Positions 31,598-41,932 of a DNA stretch of 64,000 bases are shown piece by piece. A program made the translations under genes and the position numbers. Numbering within the stretch: position 1 is the stretch's first letter; every line of letters begins with the position of its first letter. The notes under the pieces were generated by a model. It made no database searches. It was not told the origin of the DNA and was given only the letters and a program-made list of their open reading frames with translations. This DNA comes from Deltaproteobacteria bacterium. Its GTDB lineage: Bacteria; Myxococcota; Kuafuiibacteriia; Kuafuiibacteriales; Kuafuiibacteriaceae. Location of the stretch: NCBI GenBank assembly GCA_040218735.1, contig JAVJQW010000062.1:320001-384000 (forward strand), in the 5' to 3' direction.

Positions 31598-33019
31598 TCA
31601 CGACTTCATTCCGGCGTCGAGGTGGACCCGGAACGCGGCGCCCCCCAACGGGTGGTCGTCGAGCAGGGTGACGGCCCCGCCGTGCGCGCGCGCGACAGCG
31701 TCGACGATCGCGAGCCCGAGCCCGCTCCCACGCGGGCGCTCCGGCGGCCGCGCGGCGAAGAACCGGAGGAACACCTTGTCGCGGTTGCCCTCCGGGACGC
31801 CCGGCCCGTCGTCCGCCACCACGACCTCGGCGCCCCCGTTGGACGCCGTCAACCTGACCTGCACGTTGGATCGTGCGAACTCCGCTGCGTTGTCGACGAG
31901 GTTGTCGACCAGATCGCGGAGGCGCTCGGCGTTCCCGAAGATCACCAGTTCCACGGGCGCCTCGACGGTGAGGGTCACGCCGTCCCGGTGGACGTCGGCG
32001 TCGAACCGTTCGGCCGCAGCGCGGACGATCCCGGCGAGGTCGACCTCGGCGCGCGGCTCCTTCTCCAACCCCTCGTCGAGCCGCGCGAGCGCGAGCATCG
32101 CGTCGACGGAGCGCCGCATGTGCTCCCCCGCGAGCCGCACCGACTTCGCGATGCGCTGCCGTCGCTCGTCGTCGAGCAGGGTCTCGCCGTCCAACAGCTC
32201 GGAGGCCGCCTGCACCGCGGCGATGGGGTTCTTCAGATCGTGCGCAAAGTCTGCCGCCACGTGCGCGGATTGCTCGACCTGGCCGACGAGGCGCTTCGTC
32301 AGGCGATCGAAGTCGCGCGAGAGCTGCCCGATCTCGTCCCGCCGCGTCAGCGCGATCGGCTCGGCCGTGCCGGCCGCGAGGTTACCGCGCACCCGCCGCT
32401 GCAGCTTCATCAGCGGCCCGACCACGGAGAACGTCAGCCACGCGCCCATCACCAACGCCCCCACCGCGAGCGCGAGCGTCAGCTTCAGCAGCTGAAAGCG
32501 CGCGTCGTACAGCGCCCGCACGCTCCGCCGGGAGATCCGCGCCGCGTAGAGGTAACCATCGTCGGTGGGGATCACGCGGAACAGGACGAACGCGCTACCG
32601 TCCTTCGGCCCGTGCCACGCGATGCTCGGTTGGCCGGTCTGGAACATCTGCCGCACCTCGGGCCGCGCGTGGACCGGGCCGAGCTCCGCGTCGAAGGCCA
32701 ACAGATCCGGCGGCCCCTCCGGCCCGAAGAACAGATCCGCGAACCACGCCCACACCGGGATGCGGCTGACGCGACCGTCGCCCCAGTGCGGCGACGAGGC
32801 GGCGAGCTGCCCCCCCGACGCGTCGAAGCGCCTCAGGTACACCGCGTGCGCGCGCGCGAGGGCCTCGACGTCCGCGCCGGCCTCGATGGCTTCGAGATCG
32901 GACTCGGTGTCGGCGATGGCGTAGCGATCGTACAGCCCCATCAACCAGGCCGTGACGACCGGCGCGCAGACCAGGGCGAGGCACGCGAGCACGATCCGCG
33001 TCCCGACGCGGAAACGCAC
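31598..33019 (-). CDS. HAMP sensor histidine kinase
   Basis: H-box AHDLKNP, N-box NLVDNA, DDGPG, GSGLGL; two TMs. Confidence 0.93.
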   Translation of the reverse strand: MRFRVGTRIVLACLALVCAPVVTAWLMGLYDRYAIADTESDLEAIEAGADVEALARAHAVYLRRFDASGGQLAASSPHWGDGRVSRIPVWAWFADLFFGPEGPPDLLAFDAELGPVHARPEVRQMFQTGQPSIAWHGPKDGSAFVLFRVIPTDDGYLYAARISRRSVRALYDARFQLLKLTLALAVGALVMGAWLTFSVVGPLMKLQRRVRGNLAAGTAEPIALTRRDEIGQLSRDFDRLTKRLVGQVEQSAHVAADFAHDLKNPIAAVQAASELLDGETLLDDERRQRIAKSVRLAGEHMRRSVDAMLALARLDEGLEKEPRAEVDLAGIVRAAAERFDADVHRDGVTLTVEAPVELVIFGNAERLRDLVDNLVDNAAEFARSNVQVRLTASNGGAEVVVADDGPGVPEGNRDKVFLRFFAARPPERPRGSGLGLAIVDAVARAHGGAVTLLDDHPLGGAAFRVHLDAGMKS

Positions 33020-33023
33020 GAGC

Positions 33024-33707
33024 CTACGGGCGGAAGCGATAACCGATGCTCCGGACCGTCTCGATCGGATCCGCCCCGTCCGCGGCGTCGCGGATCTTCT
33101 TCCGCAGGCGCTTCACGAACGTGTCGATCGTTCGGTGCGCGACGACGATGTCCTCTCCGTACACCGCGTCGATCAGCTGGTCGCGCGAGAACGCCCGCCC
33201 GGGCGACGCGACCATGGTGTAGAGGACCTCGAACTCCGTCGCGGTCAGCGCGAGCACCTCACCGCCCGCGTGCGCCAGGTGTGTGGCGCGGTCCACGCGC
33301 ACGACGCCCGCCTCGACCGACTCCGTGGAGGGGCCCGCCTCGCGCACGCGACGAAGCACGGCGCGAACGCGGGCGATCAGCTCACGCACGGAGAAGGGTT
33401 TCGTGACGTAGTCGTCGGCGCCGATCTCCAAGCCCACGATCTTGTCGACCTCGTCGTCGCGCGAGGTGAGCATCACGACGGGGGTTCGGCTCGTCGCGCG
33501 CAGGCGTCGGCAGACCTCGAACCCATCGACGTGCGGCATCATGACGTCGAGCACCACGATGTCTGGCGCCCCGCGCGCGTGGGCCTCGAGCCCGGCGCGC
33601 CCGTCGCGGGCGACCTCGACCTCGAACCCGGCGTCCGTGAACGCCATCTGGACGAGGTCGACGAGCGCGTCGTCGTCGTCGACGACCAGGATGCGACCGC
33701 CCGACAC
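33024..33707 (-). CDS. OmpR/PhoB-family response regulator
   Basis: ILVVDDD, LDVMMP, GADDYVTKPF, LTATEF, TVRSIGY. Confidence 0.94.
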   Translation of the reverse strand: MSGGRILVVDDDDALVDLVQMAFTDAGFEVEVARDGRAGLEAHARGAPDIVVLDVMMPHVDGFEVCRRLRATSRTPVVMLTSRDDEVDKIVGLEIGADDYVTKPFSVRELIARVRAVLRRVREAGPSTESVEAGVVRVDRATHLAHAGGEVLALTATEFEVLYTMVASPGRAFSRDQLIDAVYGEDIVVAHRTIDTFVKRLRKKIRDAADGADPIETVRSIGYRFRP

Positions 33708-33767
33708 GGCGCGAGCATACGTGACTTCGACTTTCCTTTTCGACCCCGGCTGTGATGGCCTCGCGGC

Positions 33768-34742
33768 ATGCGGAGCGTCGTCGAGCGCATGAAGGGCCAA
33801 CGCGTCGCCGTCCTGGGCGACCCGGTGCTCGACATCTATCTGTACGGGTCGACGCACCGGATCTCACGGGAAGCACCCGTGCTGATCGTCAAGGAGGACG
33901 ACCGCGCGACGTTCCTCGGCGGGGCCGCCAACACCGCGCACAACTTCGCCGCGTTCGGCGCCGAGACCTCCCTCATCGGGCTGGTCGGCACCGACGAAGC
34001 GGGGACCGAGCTCGCCGCGCTGGCGACCGCCGCGAAGATCGATCCCGGCCGCCTCGTCCGCCGCACCACGGGCCACACCATCACCAAGACCCGCGTCCTC
34101 GCGGGCGGCCTGCACACCCGCAAACAGCAGATGCTCCGCATCGACCGGGAGAACGACCGCCCGATCGACGCCGAGGAGACGGAGCGCCTGGTGCGCACGG
34201 TGAACGAAGCGATCGCTGACCTCGACGCGCTCGTGATCTCCGACTACGGCGACGAGAGCCTCACGGACCTCTACGTCGAGCTCGCGGCGCGCGCGCGGGC
34301 GGCGGACAAACTCGTCGTCGTCGACAGCCGCTACGCGCTCGGGAAGTTCGCGGGGGTCTCCGCGGTGACGCCGAACGAGCCGGAGGTCGAGCAGACCTTC
34401 GCGGTGCGGCTCGAGTCCGACGACGACGCCCGCGCCGCGGCGGAGCGCCTCGTGCGCGAGCTGTCGCTCGACTACGCGCTCCTCACTCGGGGCAGTGAGG
34501 GCATGGCGGTCGCCGCGAGGGATCGCGACACCGTCCTGCTCCCGGCGCACGGGGCCCAGGAAGCGGTCGACGTCACCGGCGCCGGCGACACCGTCACCGC
34601 GGCGTTCACGCTCGCCCTGCTCGCGGGCGCGGACGTGGTCGACGCCGCACGCATCGCCAACGCGGCAGCGTCCCAGGTGGTGCGGGTGATGGGCGCGGCG
34701 ACGTGTGACCCCGAGGTCCTGCTCGCGGAGCTCGGCACATGA
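33768..34742 (+). CDS. hldA: D-glycero-D-manno-heptose-7-phosphate kinase (RfaE domain I, PfkB)
   Basis: [38 protein letters not shown]. Confidence 0.88.
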   Translation: MRSVVERMKGQRVAVLGDPVLDIYLYGSTHRISREAPVLIVKEDDRATFLGGAANTAHNFAAFGAETSLIGLVGTDEAGTELAALATAAKIDPGRLVRRTTGHTITKTRVLAGGLHTRKQQMLRIDRENDRPIDAEETERLVRTVNEAIADLDALVISDYGDESLTDLYVELAARARAADKLVVVDSRYALGKFAGVSAVTPNEPEVEQTFAVRLESDDDARAAAERLVRELSLDYALLTRGSEGMAVAARDRDTVLLPAHGAQEAVDVTGAGDTVTAAFTLALLAGADVVDAARIANAAASQVVRVMGAATCDPEVLLAELGT

Positions 34743-35215
34743 AGACCGCGACCGCCGCCAAACGCACCACGCTCGATGCGCTCGTCGCGGAGCGCCCCGC
34801 GGGGACGATCGTCATGGCCAACGGAGTGTTCGACCTCTTCCACGTCGGGCACCTGCGCTACCTGGAGGCGGCGGCCGCCGAGGCCGAGGTCCTGGTGGTC
34901 GCGATCAACAGCGACGCCTCGACCCGCGCCTACAAAGGACCGAACCGACCGATCGTCCCCGAGGGCGAGCGCGCGGAGATCGTCGCCGGCCTCGCGTGTG
35001 TGGACCACGTCCTGGTGTTCGACGAGCCCGACGTGGTGCGGGTGCTGGAGCGCCTCCGGCCCGACGTCCACGCCAAGGGCACCGACTACACGGCCGAGAC
35101 GGTGCCGGAGCGCCACGTGGTGGAGGGCTACGGCGGTCGCGTCGCCATCTGCGGCGACCCCAAGGACCACAGCACCACCGACATGATTTCCCGAATGGAG
35201 ACGGACTCGGTGTAG
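34739..35215 (+). CDS. hldC: heptose-1-phosphate adenylyltransferase (RfaE domain II)
   Basis: [36 protein letters not shown]; ATGA overlap. Confidence 0.9.
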   Translation: MKTATAAKRTTLDALVAERPAGTIVMANGVFDLFHVGHLRYLEAAAAEAEVLVVAINSDASTRAYKGPNRPIVPEGERAEIVAGLACVDHVLVFDEPDVVRVLERLRPDVHAKGTDYTAETVPERHVVEGYGGRVAICGDPKDHSTTDMISRMETDSV

Positions 35216-35224
35216 ACTGGGGCC

Positions 35225-36871
35225 GTGGCGGATCTGCCGCGGGTCTTTGGGCGGTACATGCTCCTCAAGTCGCTCGGCTCGGGCGGCACGGGGGACGTCC
35301 ACCTCGCCCGCCCCCTCGATCGCGACGCCAAGGCGCCGAGCCCCGTCGTCATCAAGCGCCTCCACGCGCAGCTCGCCCAGCAGGAGAACTTCGTCCGGCG
35401 ATTCGCGCACGAGGCGGACATCGCAGTCGCGGTGAACACGCCGCACGTGGCGAAGGCGTTCGACGTCGGGCGCGTGGGCGAGACCTTCTACATCGCAATG
35501 GAGTACATCGCCGGGTGGACGGTCTCGCGGATCGCTTCGGACCTCGAGAAGAGCGGCCGGCGCCCCACCCTCCCGGCGATCGCCGACATCGTCTGCGGCG
35601 GCCTCGCCGGCCTCGCGGCGCTGCACGACGCCGTACACCCCGAGACCGGGCAGGTGCTGCACATCGTCCACCGCGACATCGCGCCGAAGAACCTGATGCT
35701 CGGCGAGGACGGGGTCACGCGCCTGATCGACCTCGGCCTCGGTAAGTCGACCGTCCAGGACTGGAAGACCGGCACCGGCGTGGTGATGGGCTCGCCGGGG
35801 TACATGTCGCCCGAGCAGGTCATCGCGGGCGACGTCGACCGCCGCGCGGACCTCTACGCGATGGGGATCGTCCTGTGGGAGCTGCTCACCCAGCAGTTCT
35901 ACATCAAACGCGCCGCCCTCCCCCTGATGCTCCGCGCGCAGACGCGCCCGAATCAGGTCCCGCCGTCGAAGCTGCGGGACGACGTGAGCCCCGAGCTCGA
36001 CGCCGTCGTGATGCGCGCGCTCCACCCGGATCCCGCGCAGCGCTTCGAGGACGCCGACGAATTCTGTGCGGCGCTGCGCGGCGCGATACCGGAGGACAAG
36101 AGCCAGGGCGCGGCGGCGACGATCGTCAGTGACCTGCTGTGGGGCGAGCTCGGCGAGTCGAAGACGGAGGTGACGCAGCTACTCTCGCGCGTGACCTCCT
36201 CGCCGAACCTGGAGGCGACAGAGGGCGTGGAGGTCTTCGCGCTGCGCGAGGGCGTGGACCTCGGACGCGTCGTGCCGCAGATCGAAGTCGGCCCCGCCCG
36301 GACCCCGGACGTCCACGCGGAAGCCGCGATGGGTCCGGACGTCTCCACGCCGACGCCGTACGCCTCGTACTCCGGGCTCTCCGCCGTGACCCCGCCCTCC
36401 AAGGGCGTTCCGATGCAGATGGTGGTCGCGTTGATGGTGCTCATGCTGCTCGCCGGCGCCGCGGGGGCGTTGGTCCTGACGCGCGCACCCGCGCAGCCCG
36501 CCGAGGTGGTGACCGCCGCACCGATGACGCCGCCGAAGATCACGGTGATCGCGACGCCGGAGGCAAGGCCCGAGCCCGAGCCTGTGGAGGCCGCCGAGGA
36601 ACAGGCCCCCGTGACGAAGACGCGGCGCCGTCGGGCGCGGCCCGCGCCGCCGCCGGCCGCGGAGGCGCCGCCACCGGCCGAGGCCCCCGCGCCGACGATG
36701 AAGTCCCTGGTGCAGCGCGCGCTCGCGCTCCAGAACCGACGCCCGGGGGATCGCGAAGTCTCGAAGCTCGTCACGCAGTTGATGATGGAGAGCCAGCGAT
36801 CGCAAATCACCGATGACGAGCTCCGCGCCCTGGCAAAAAAGATCCGGGCGGCGGAGAAACAGGGGCAGTGA
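35225..36871 (+). CDS. membrane Hanks-type Ser/Thr protein kinase
   Basis: LGSGGTGDV, VIKRL, HRDIAPKN, DLG, GSPGYMSPE; TM segment then Pro/Ala-rich tail. Confidence 0.94.
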   Translation: MADLPRVFGRYMLLKSLGSGGTGDVHLARPLDRDAKAPSPVVIKRLHAQLAQQENFVRRFAHEADIAVAVNTPHVAKAFDVGRVGETFYIAMEYIAGWTVSRIASDLEKSGRRPTLPAIADIVCGGLAGLAALHDAVHPETGQVLHIVHRDIAPKNLMLGEDGVTRLIDLGLGKSTVQDWKTGTGVVMGSPGYMSPEQVIAGDVDRRADLYAMGIVLWELLTQQFYIKRAALPLMLRAQTRPNQVPPSKLRDDVSPELDAVVMRALHPDPAQRFEDADEFCAALRGAIPEDKSQGAAATIVSDLLWGELGESKTEVTQLLSRVTSSPNLEATEGVEVFALREGVDLGRVVPQIEVGPARTPDVHAEAAMGPDVSTPTPYASYSGLSAVTPPSKGVPMQMVVALMVLMLLAGAAGALVLTRAPAQPAEVVTAAPMTPPKITVIATPEARPEPEPVEAAEEQAPVTKTRRRRARPAPPPAAEAPPPAEAPAPTMKSLVQRALALQNRRPGDREVSKLVTQLMMESQRSQITDDELRALAKKIRAAEKQGQ

Positions 36872-37695
36872 GCCCCGCCCTCTTCGTCGCGGTCGCCGCC
36901 ATCGCGCAGACGCCGCAGGCCATCGCGATCCTCCCGACGGTCGTCGGTGACTCCGACGCCGCGCCCACCTCGCGCGCGCTCTTCGACGCCACGCGCGACG
37001 CGACGGCGTGGCGACGCGGCCTCGTGGCGGTGCCCTACAACACGCTGTTCCTGGAGGGCGCCGCGCCCGTCGCGCGCACGCTCCGTGAGTGTGGTGCGCG
37101 GCCCGACTGCATTCGTCGCGTGATGCGCGAGCACGACATCGATCTGCTGCTGAACGTCATCGCGAGCTACGCGGTGGATCCGCCGATCGTCACGCTCACG
37201 CTCATCGACGACGGCGAGTCGACGCAGAACGTGGTGTTCCAGCCGGCCGCCTCGTCGGTCACGGCGCTGCTGCCCAACAAGGCCGCTCAGCTGTTGGACA
37301 CTGCCGGCTTCGATCGCGTCGGCGGTGCCTCGATCGCCGTGGTGCCCGCGGGGGCGCGCATCGCGCTCGAGGGTGCGGACCTCGAACGCAGCGACGCGGG
37401 GCAGTCGACGTTCCGCGCGACGCCCGGCACCTACGCCTTGTCGGTGACCCTCGACGGTCACGAGCCCATTCGGCGCGAGGTGTCGATCGCGGAGGGGGAG
37501 ACGACGCGTGTCGAGCTCCTGCTCCAGCCGATCGCGGTCGAACCGGCGATCGTCGAGCGGCATTGGTTCTGGGTCGCGGTGGGGGCGGTGGTCGTAGGTG
37601 CGGCGACGACCGCCGTGGTGGTCGCGACGCGTCCGGACGCGGCCACGTGCCTGTGTATCGGGGGCCCCGAGACGGTGTGCCCGCCGTGTGAGTAG
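36868..37695 (+). CDS. PEGA-domain membrane protein
   Basis: VPAGARIALEG...PGTYALSVTLDGHEP, C-terminal WFWVAVG TM and Cys-rich tail. Confidence 0.75.
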   Translation: MSPALFVAVAAIAQTPQAIAILPTVVGDSDAAPTSRALFDATRDATAWRRGLVAVPYNTLFLEGAAPVARTLRECGARPDCIRRVMREHDIDLLLNVIASYAVDPPIVTLTLIDDGESTQNVVFQPAASSVTALLPNKAAQLLDTAGFDRVGGASIAVVPAGARIALEGADLERSDAGQSTFRATPGTYALSVTLDGHEPIRREVSIAEGETTRVELLLQPIAVEPAIVERHWFWVAVGAVVVGAATTAVVVATRPDAATCLCIGGPETVCPPCE

Positions 37696-39355
37696 ACTGC
37701 GCGTCGTGCGCTCACTCCTCCTCGCGCTGATCTTCCTGTTCGTCGGGTGCAAGAGCTCCGACGCCAAACCCGCCGCCAAGACGCAACGTGACGCCGGCAT
37801 CCCGAAGGTCGCGAAGGTGAAGCGGAAGCGCCAAGCGATGGCGAAGCAGAACCTCGCGCGGATCAGCACGAAGCCGCGGACGAAGATCGACCGGGCCAAC
37901 GCGAAGTCGGCGATCGGGATGAACCTCGTGCACCTCGACTTCGTGTCGACGGAGTGGGCGTTCCTCGACTCGGTGCGCACCGCAGGCTGGTGGACGTCGG
38001 GCACGGTCGACCAGTGGAACGACGGTCGTCGGATCGAGAAGACGGAGGCGGGGTGGCCGAAGAAGCTCGCGTCGGGCCAGCGGGCGTCGGTCGTGATCTC
38101 CGCGCAGGAGGGCGGCCCGATGGTGCTGACCTACGCGGGGCGTGGCGGGTTGGAGATCGCCGGGACGGAGCAGCCGCTGAAAGGGCTCGCGAAGAAGAAG
38201 AACCGCATCACGTTCACTGCGCAGCCGAACCAACGCATGACGCTGACGATCGTCGAGACGGACCCGAAGGATCCGATCGTCGACGTGCGCGTGTATCCGA
38301 AGCGCTACGAAGAGCGCGTGCAGGCCGGCGCGGTGTTCCACCCCGTGTTCCTCGAGCGGCTCGCTCCGTTTTCGGTGCTGCGGTTCATGGACTGGCAGAT
38401 CATCAACGGGACGCGCGTGCAGCGGTGGGAGCAGCGCTCGGACCCGCGCTTCTACGCGCAGGCGGTGCCGGCGGGCGTCGCGTACGAGTACATGGTGCTG
38501 CTCGCGAACACGCTGAAGGCCGACCCGTGGCTGTGCATCCCGCACGGCGCGGACGACGCGTTCGTGGAGAAGCTCGCGACGTTCTTGCGCGAGGAGCTCG
38601 ACCCGTCGCTGACGCTGTACATCGAGTACTCGAACGAGGTCTGGCACGACCACCCGGCCTTCACGCAGGCGGCGTACGCGCGAGAGCGCGCGGCGGCGGC
38701 GAAGCTCGACAAGGATCCGGACGGCGCGAAGATGATGTTCCAGGGGCGACGCAGCACCGAGATCATGAAGATCTTCGAACGCATCTTCGGCACCGAGCAC
38801 CTCGTGCGGGTGCTCGGGAGCCAGCTCGGGAACCACTACGCACACGACGCGCTGGTGAAGGAGCGCGAGACCCGCGCGCACCACGACGCGATCGCGATCG
38901 GCGTGTACTTCGGGCACGAGGTCTCGGGGCTCGACGACCTGCTGAAGAAGGACGACGAGGAGAAGATCCACGCGCTGATCGAGAAGACGTCACTCCCTTG
39001 GACGATCGACGCCATCCGCTCCTCCACGCGGTGGGGCGAGGCGAACGACTTCGACGTCATCGCCTACGAGGGCGGCCAGCACCTCGTCACGCACCCCGGC
39101 CTCGAACAGAACCGCCAGGTGCAGAGCCTCCTCGACCGCGTCGACGCGGACCCGCGGATGAAGGGCCACTACGCGAAGCTGCTCGCCGGGTGGAAGGCCG
39201 AAGGCGGCGGCGTCTTCGTGCACTTCGTGTACGCCGCCGAGCCCGCCCCGTTCGGGCGCTTCGGCGCGCTGCGCTCCACCGGTCAGCCGCCAAAGGACGC
39301 GCCGAAGTACGAGGCGCTGTTGGAGTTCATCGAGAAGAACCCGCGCTGGTGGTGA
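37688..39355 (+). CDS. lipoprotein with putative TIM-barrel glycoside-hydrolase-like domain
   Basis: Lipobox FVGC; LRFMDW, ADPWLCIP, IEYSNEVW, AYEGGQH; start may be 37706. Confidence 0.7.
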   Translation: MSRLRVVRSLLLALIFLFVGCKSSDAKPAAKTQRDAGIPKVAKVKRKRQAMAKQNLARISTKPRTKIDRANAKSAIGMNLVHLDFVSTEWAFLDSVRTAGWWTSGTVDQWNDGRRIEKTEAGWPKKLASGQRASVVISAQEGGPMVLTYAGRGGLEIAGTEQPLKGLAKKKNRITFTAQPNQRMTLTIVETDPKDPIVDVRVYPKRYEERVQAGAVFHPVFLERLAPFSVLRFMDWQIINGTRVQRWEQRSDPRFYAQAVPAGVAYEYMVLLANTLKADPWLCIPHGADDAFVEKLATFLREELDPSLTLYIEYSNEVWHDHPAFTQAAYARERAAAAKLDKDPDGAKMMFQGRRSTEIMKIFERIFGTEHLVRVLGSQLGNHYAHDALVKERETRAHHDAIAIGVYFGHEVSGLDDLLKKDDEEKIHALIEKTSLPWTIDAIRSSTRWGEANDFDVIAYEGGQHLVTHPGLEQNRQVQSLLDRVDADPRMKGHYAKLLAGWKAEGGGVFVHFVYAAEPAPFGRFGALRSTGQPPKDAPKYEALLEFIEKNPRWW

Positions 39356-39393
39356 CTCGGCCGCGGTGGTCGATTCCGCGCAGCGCGGCGGCG

Positions 39394-40362
39394 TCAGTCT
39401 CGCCGACGTTCGCGCCGATCCTGACGACGCTCGCGGCGGTCCTGCCGGCGCTCTTTGCGATCCTCGCGGCGCTCGATGCGGCGCGCCTTGCGATCGTCGC
39501 GGCGGTCCTTGCGATCGTCGCGGCGCTCGATGCGGCGCGCCTTACGATCGTCGCGGCGATCCATCCGGCGCTCCTGTCGGCGATCGCGGCGCTCGATGCG
39601 GCGCGCTTTACGCGCGGCGCGGTGGTGGCGGCGCACGCTCACGCGGGTCACGGGGCGCCCGGTCGTCTTCTGCACGTACGTCACCGTGGGCAGTCCGATG
39701 CGCGTGGCGCCGAACACCACCTTCGAACGCGCGGTGGGGAGCGCGTGGCGACGATGGATGCGCGTGCCGAAGGTGTTCGCGCGAACGGCGAACCACAACG
39801 ACGGCGTCCCGTAGTAACTCGCGGAGACGCCGGCCGGTCCGAGCGGCGCCCACGCGACGTAGTCACCGCCGTGTCGCCACTGCACCCACGCCGGGCTGTA
39901 CTCGTAGCCCGGGATCCAGGACCAGCCGTGGCCGCCGAGGTAGACCCAGCGCCCGTAGTGGAAGGGGGCCCAGCCCCACGCGTAGCGCGACTGGAACGTC
40001 CAGCCGTCGGCGGTGTAGACCCACTGCCCCTCCGTGTACGGCCGCCACCCTGGGTACGGCGCGCGCGGGACCCAGACGCGCCCGTAGCGCGACGTCCCGA
40101 CCCAGCGACCGTGCGGGCTCAGCGCGGTCTCGAACTCCGCCATCGTCGGCGGCGCGTCGTCGTCGCCGTCGTCGTCCGCGACCATGGGTTGGTTCGGGTC
40201 CTGCGTCGGCGGCGCGTCCTTCATCGTCTCGAAGGGATCCGCGCCGGTCGACACGCGCTCCTCGAACGGCCCCGCTTCTTCGATCGGGGGCGGCGTCCCG
40301 ATCTCCTGCGCGAACGCGGACAACGGAGCGGCGACGAGGGCGGCGATGAGCAGGGGCTTCAT
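39394..40362 (-). CDS. secreted DUF6600-like Trp/Gly-rich protein with Arg/Asp repeat tail
   Basis: Signal peptide; LSPHGRW, WRPY..G.W, WGWAPFHYGRW, PAWVQWR; RKARRIERR repeats. Confidence 0.8.
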   Translation of the reverse strand: MKPLLIAALVAAPLSAFAQEIGTPPPIEEAGPFEERVSTGADPFETMKDAPPTQDPNQPMVADDDGDDDAPPTMAEFETALSPHGRWVGTSRYGRVWVPRAPYPGWRPYTEGQWVYTADGWTFQSRYAWGWAPFHYGRWVYLGGHGWSWIPGYEYSPAWVQWRHGGDYVAWAPLGPAGVSASYYGTPSLWFAVRANTFGTRIHRRHALPTARSKVVFGATRIGLPTVTYVQKTTGRPVTRVSVRRHHRAARKARRIERRDRRQERRMDRRDDRKARRIERRDDRKDRRDDRKARRIERREDRKERRQDRRERRQDRRERRRD

Positions 40363-40420
40363 GACGTAGAAACGTACCTCGAATGGGAGGTGTTTCGTAC
40401 GTGACGGCGGTCCCAGGGGG

Positions 40421-41917
40421 TCAGCGCGCGGCGGTGTAGAGGACGGCGATGTCGAGGACCTCGGCGCCGCGACCGGCCGCGGGGACCGTCAGCTCGATGA
40501 CCGACGACTGCGCGGTCGTACCGCCGAACGCGGCGGCCGCGGTCAACGACGTCGCCCACAGCGAGACATTCGGCGTGAGCGTGCGCGCCGAGCTGGCCGT
40601 CGACGGGTTCGGCACCGTGGTGTTCAGCGTCAGCGGCACGACCGAGAGGTTGAACGTCGCGGTGTGCGTGATGGTCGTCGGGTTGCGGTACGTGACCTGG
40701 ACCGTCACCGGCGCCGTCGTCACGAGGTCCGTCGGTCGCGGCACGCGGCAGCGGTAGACGCTCTGGTTGTTGCTGATGAACAGGTACCCGAACTGACCGG
40801 GGTTGCCGTTGAGGTGCTCGCAGCGCGCCGCCGCCCGGACCTGACGGTCCGCGATCGACGCGTCGTTCACGCAGCTCGCGCACGGCACGCCGGCGGGGCC
40901 GGTCGCTCCGGTCGCGCCCTGCGGACCGGTGCTGCCCGTCGCGCCCTGCGGACCCGGGCTACCGGTGTTGCCGGTCGGTCCCGCGGGGCCGACGCTGCCG
41001 ACCGGGCCCTGCGGCCCGACGTTGCCCTGCGGTCCGGCGGGGCCAGCGGGGCCGGCCGGGCCCTGGGGGCCGGTGTTGCCCGTGGGGCCGCGCGGACCGA
41101 CGTTGCCCTGCGGTCCGGCGGGGCCAGCGGGGCCGGCCGGGCCAACCGGACCGACCGCACCGACGGGGCCCTGGGGGCCGGTGTTGCCGATCGGACCCTG
41201 GGGGCCCTGCGGACCGGTGTTGCCCGTGTTGCCGGTCGGTCCCTGCGGGCCCACGGCGCCGGTCGGTCCGACGTTGCCGGTCGGTCCCTGCGGGCCCGTG
41301 TTGCCGGTGTTGCCCGCCGGACCCTGCGGACCCGTCGGCCCCTGCGGTCCAATGGCGCCCGTCGCGCCCGCGGGTCCCGGCGCGCCCGTCGGTCCCGCCG
41401 CGCCCGCCGGTCCGGGGCCACCGGCCGGACCCACGGCGCCCTGCGGTCCGGTCGGTCCCGCCGGACCGGGTGGGCCATCGAGGCCCGCCGGCCCGGTCGC
41501 GCCCGTCGGCCCGGTCGGTCCCACGGGGCCGCCCGCGTCGGCGGACAGCGCGCGCACCGCGAACGGCACGAACCCCGCGCGGAAGCGCGGCGCGAGCTCG
41601 GTGGCGTCGTCGCCGACCTCCAAGCCGATGTAGAGGTCGGCGCCGTTGAAGATCGAAGCGTCGAGCGCCGTGACCTCACCGATCGTGAAGTAGAAGTACC
41701 CGCCCAGCGGCATCACGCCCGTGTGGGTCTCTTCGAACAGCGGCGTGCCGCCGTTTTCGACGTCGTACAGGCGCACGACGATGTCGACCGGTGTGTCGAT
41801 CGGCATCTGCGCTTCGTCCGTGATGAACCCTTCGAAGGGCAAGGTGACTTGCGCGACGGCGGTCGCGGGCGCGAGCAGCGCGATGAGGGCGAGGGGCGTG
41901 ATCGTTCGTCGCAACAT
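40421..41917 (-). CDS. secreted collagen-like fibre protein
   Basis: Signal peptide, about 100-aa N domain ending [11 protein letters not shown], 72 uninterrupted Gly-X-Y triplets, CASC, beta-rich C domain. Confidence 0.92.
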   Translation of the reverse strand: MLRRTITPLALIALLAPATAVAQVTLPFEGFITDEAQMPIDTPVDIVVRLYDVENGGTPLFEETHTGVMPLGGYFYFTIGEVTALDASIFNGADLYIGLEVGDDATELAPRFRAGFVPFAVRALSADAGGPVGPTGPTGATGPAGLDGPPGPAGPTGPQGAVGPAGGPGPAGAAGPTGAPGPAGATGAIGPQGPTGPQGPAGNTGNTGPQGPTGNVGPTGAVGPQGPTGNTGNTGPQGPQGPIGNTGPQGPVGAVGPVGPAGPAGPAGPQGNVGPRGPTGNTGPQGPAGPAGPAGPQGNVGPQGPVGSVGPAGPTGNTGSPGPQGATGSTGPQGATGATGPAGVPCASCVNDASIADRQVRAAARCEHLNGNPGQFGYLFISNNQSVYRCRVPRPTDLVTTAPVTVQVTYRNPTTITHTATFNLSVVPLTLNTTVPNPSTASSARTLTPNVSLWATSLTAAAAFGGTTAQSSVIELTVPAAGRGAEVLDIAVLYTAAR

Positions 41918-41932
41918 CTTCGTTTGTCTTTC

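Noticed and set aside
35225-36871. Pseudokinase because of DLG instead of DFG
   Set aside because: Catalytic Lys, HRD and Asn are intact, and DLG is a tolerated variant
40929-41633. Plus-strand Gly-Pro repeat ORF
   Set aside because: Antisense mirror of the collagen repeat, with no signal peptide or flanking domains
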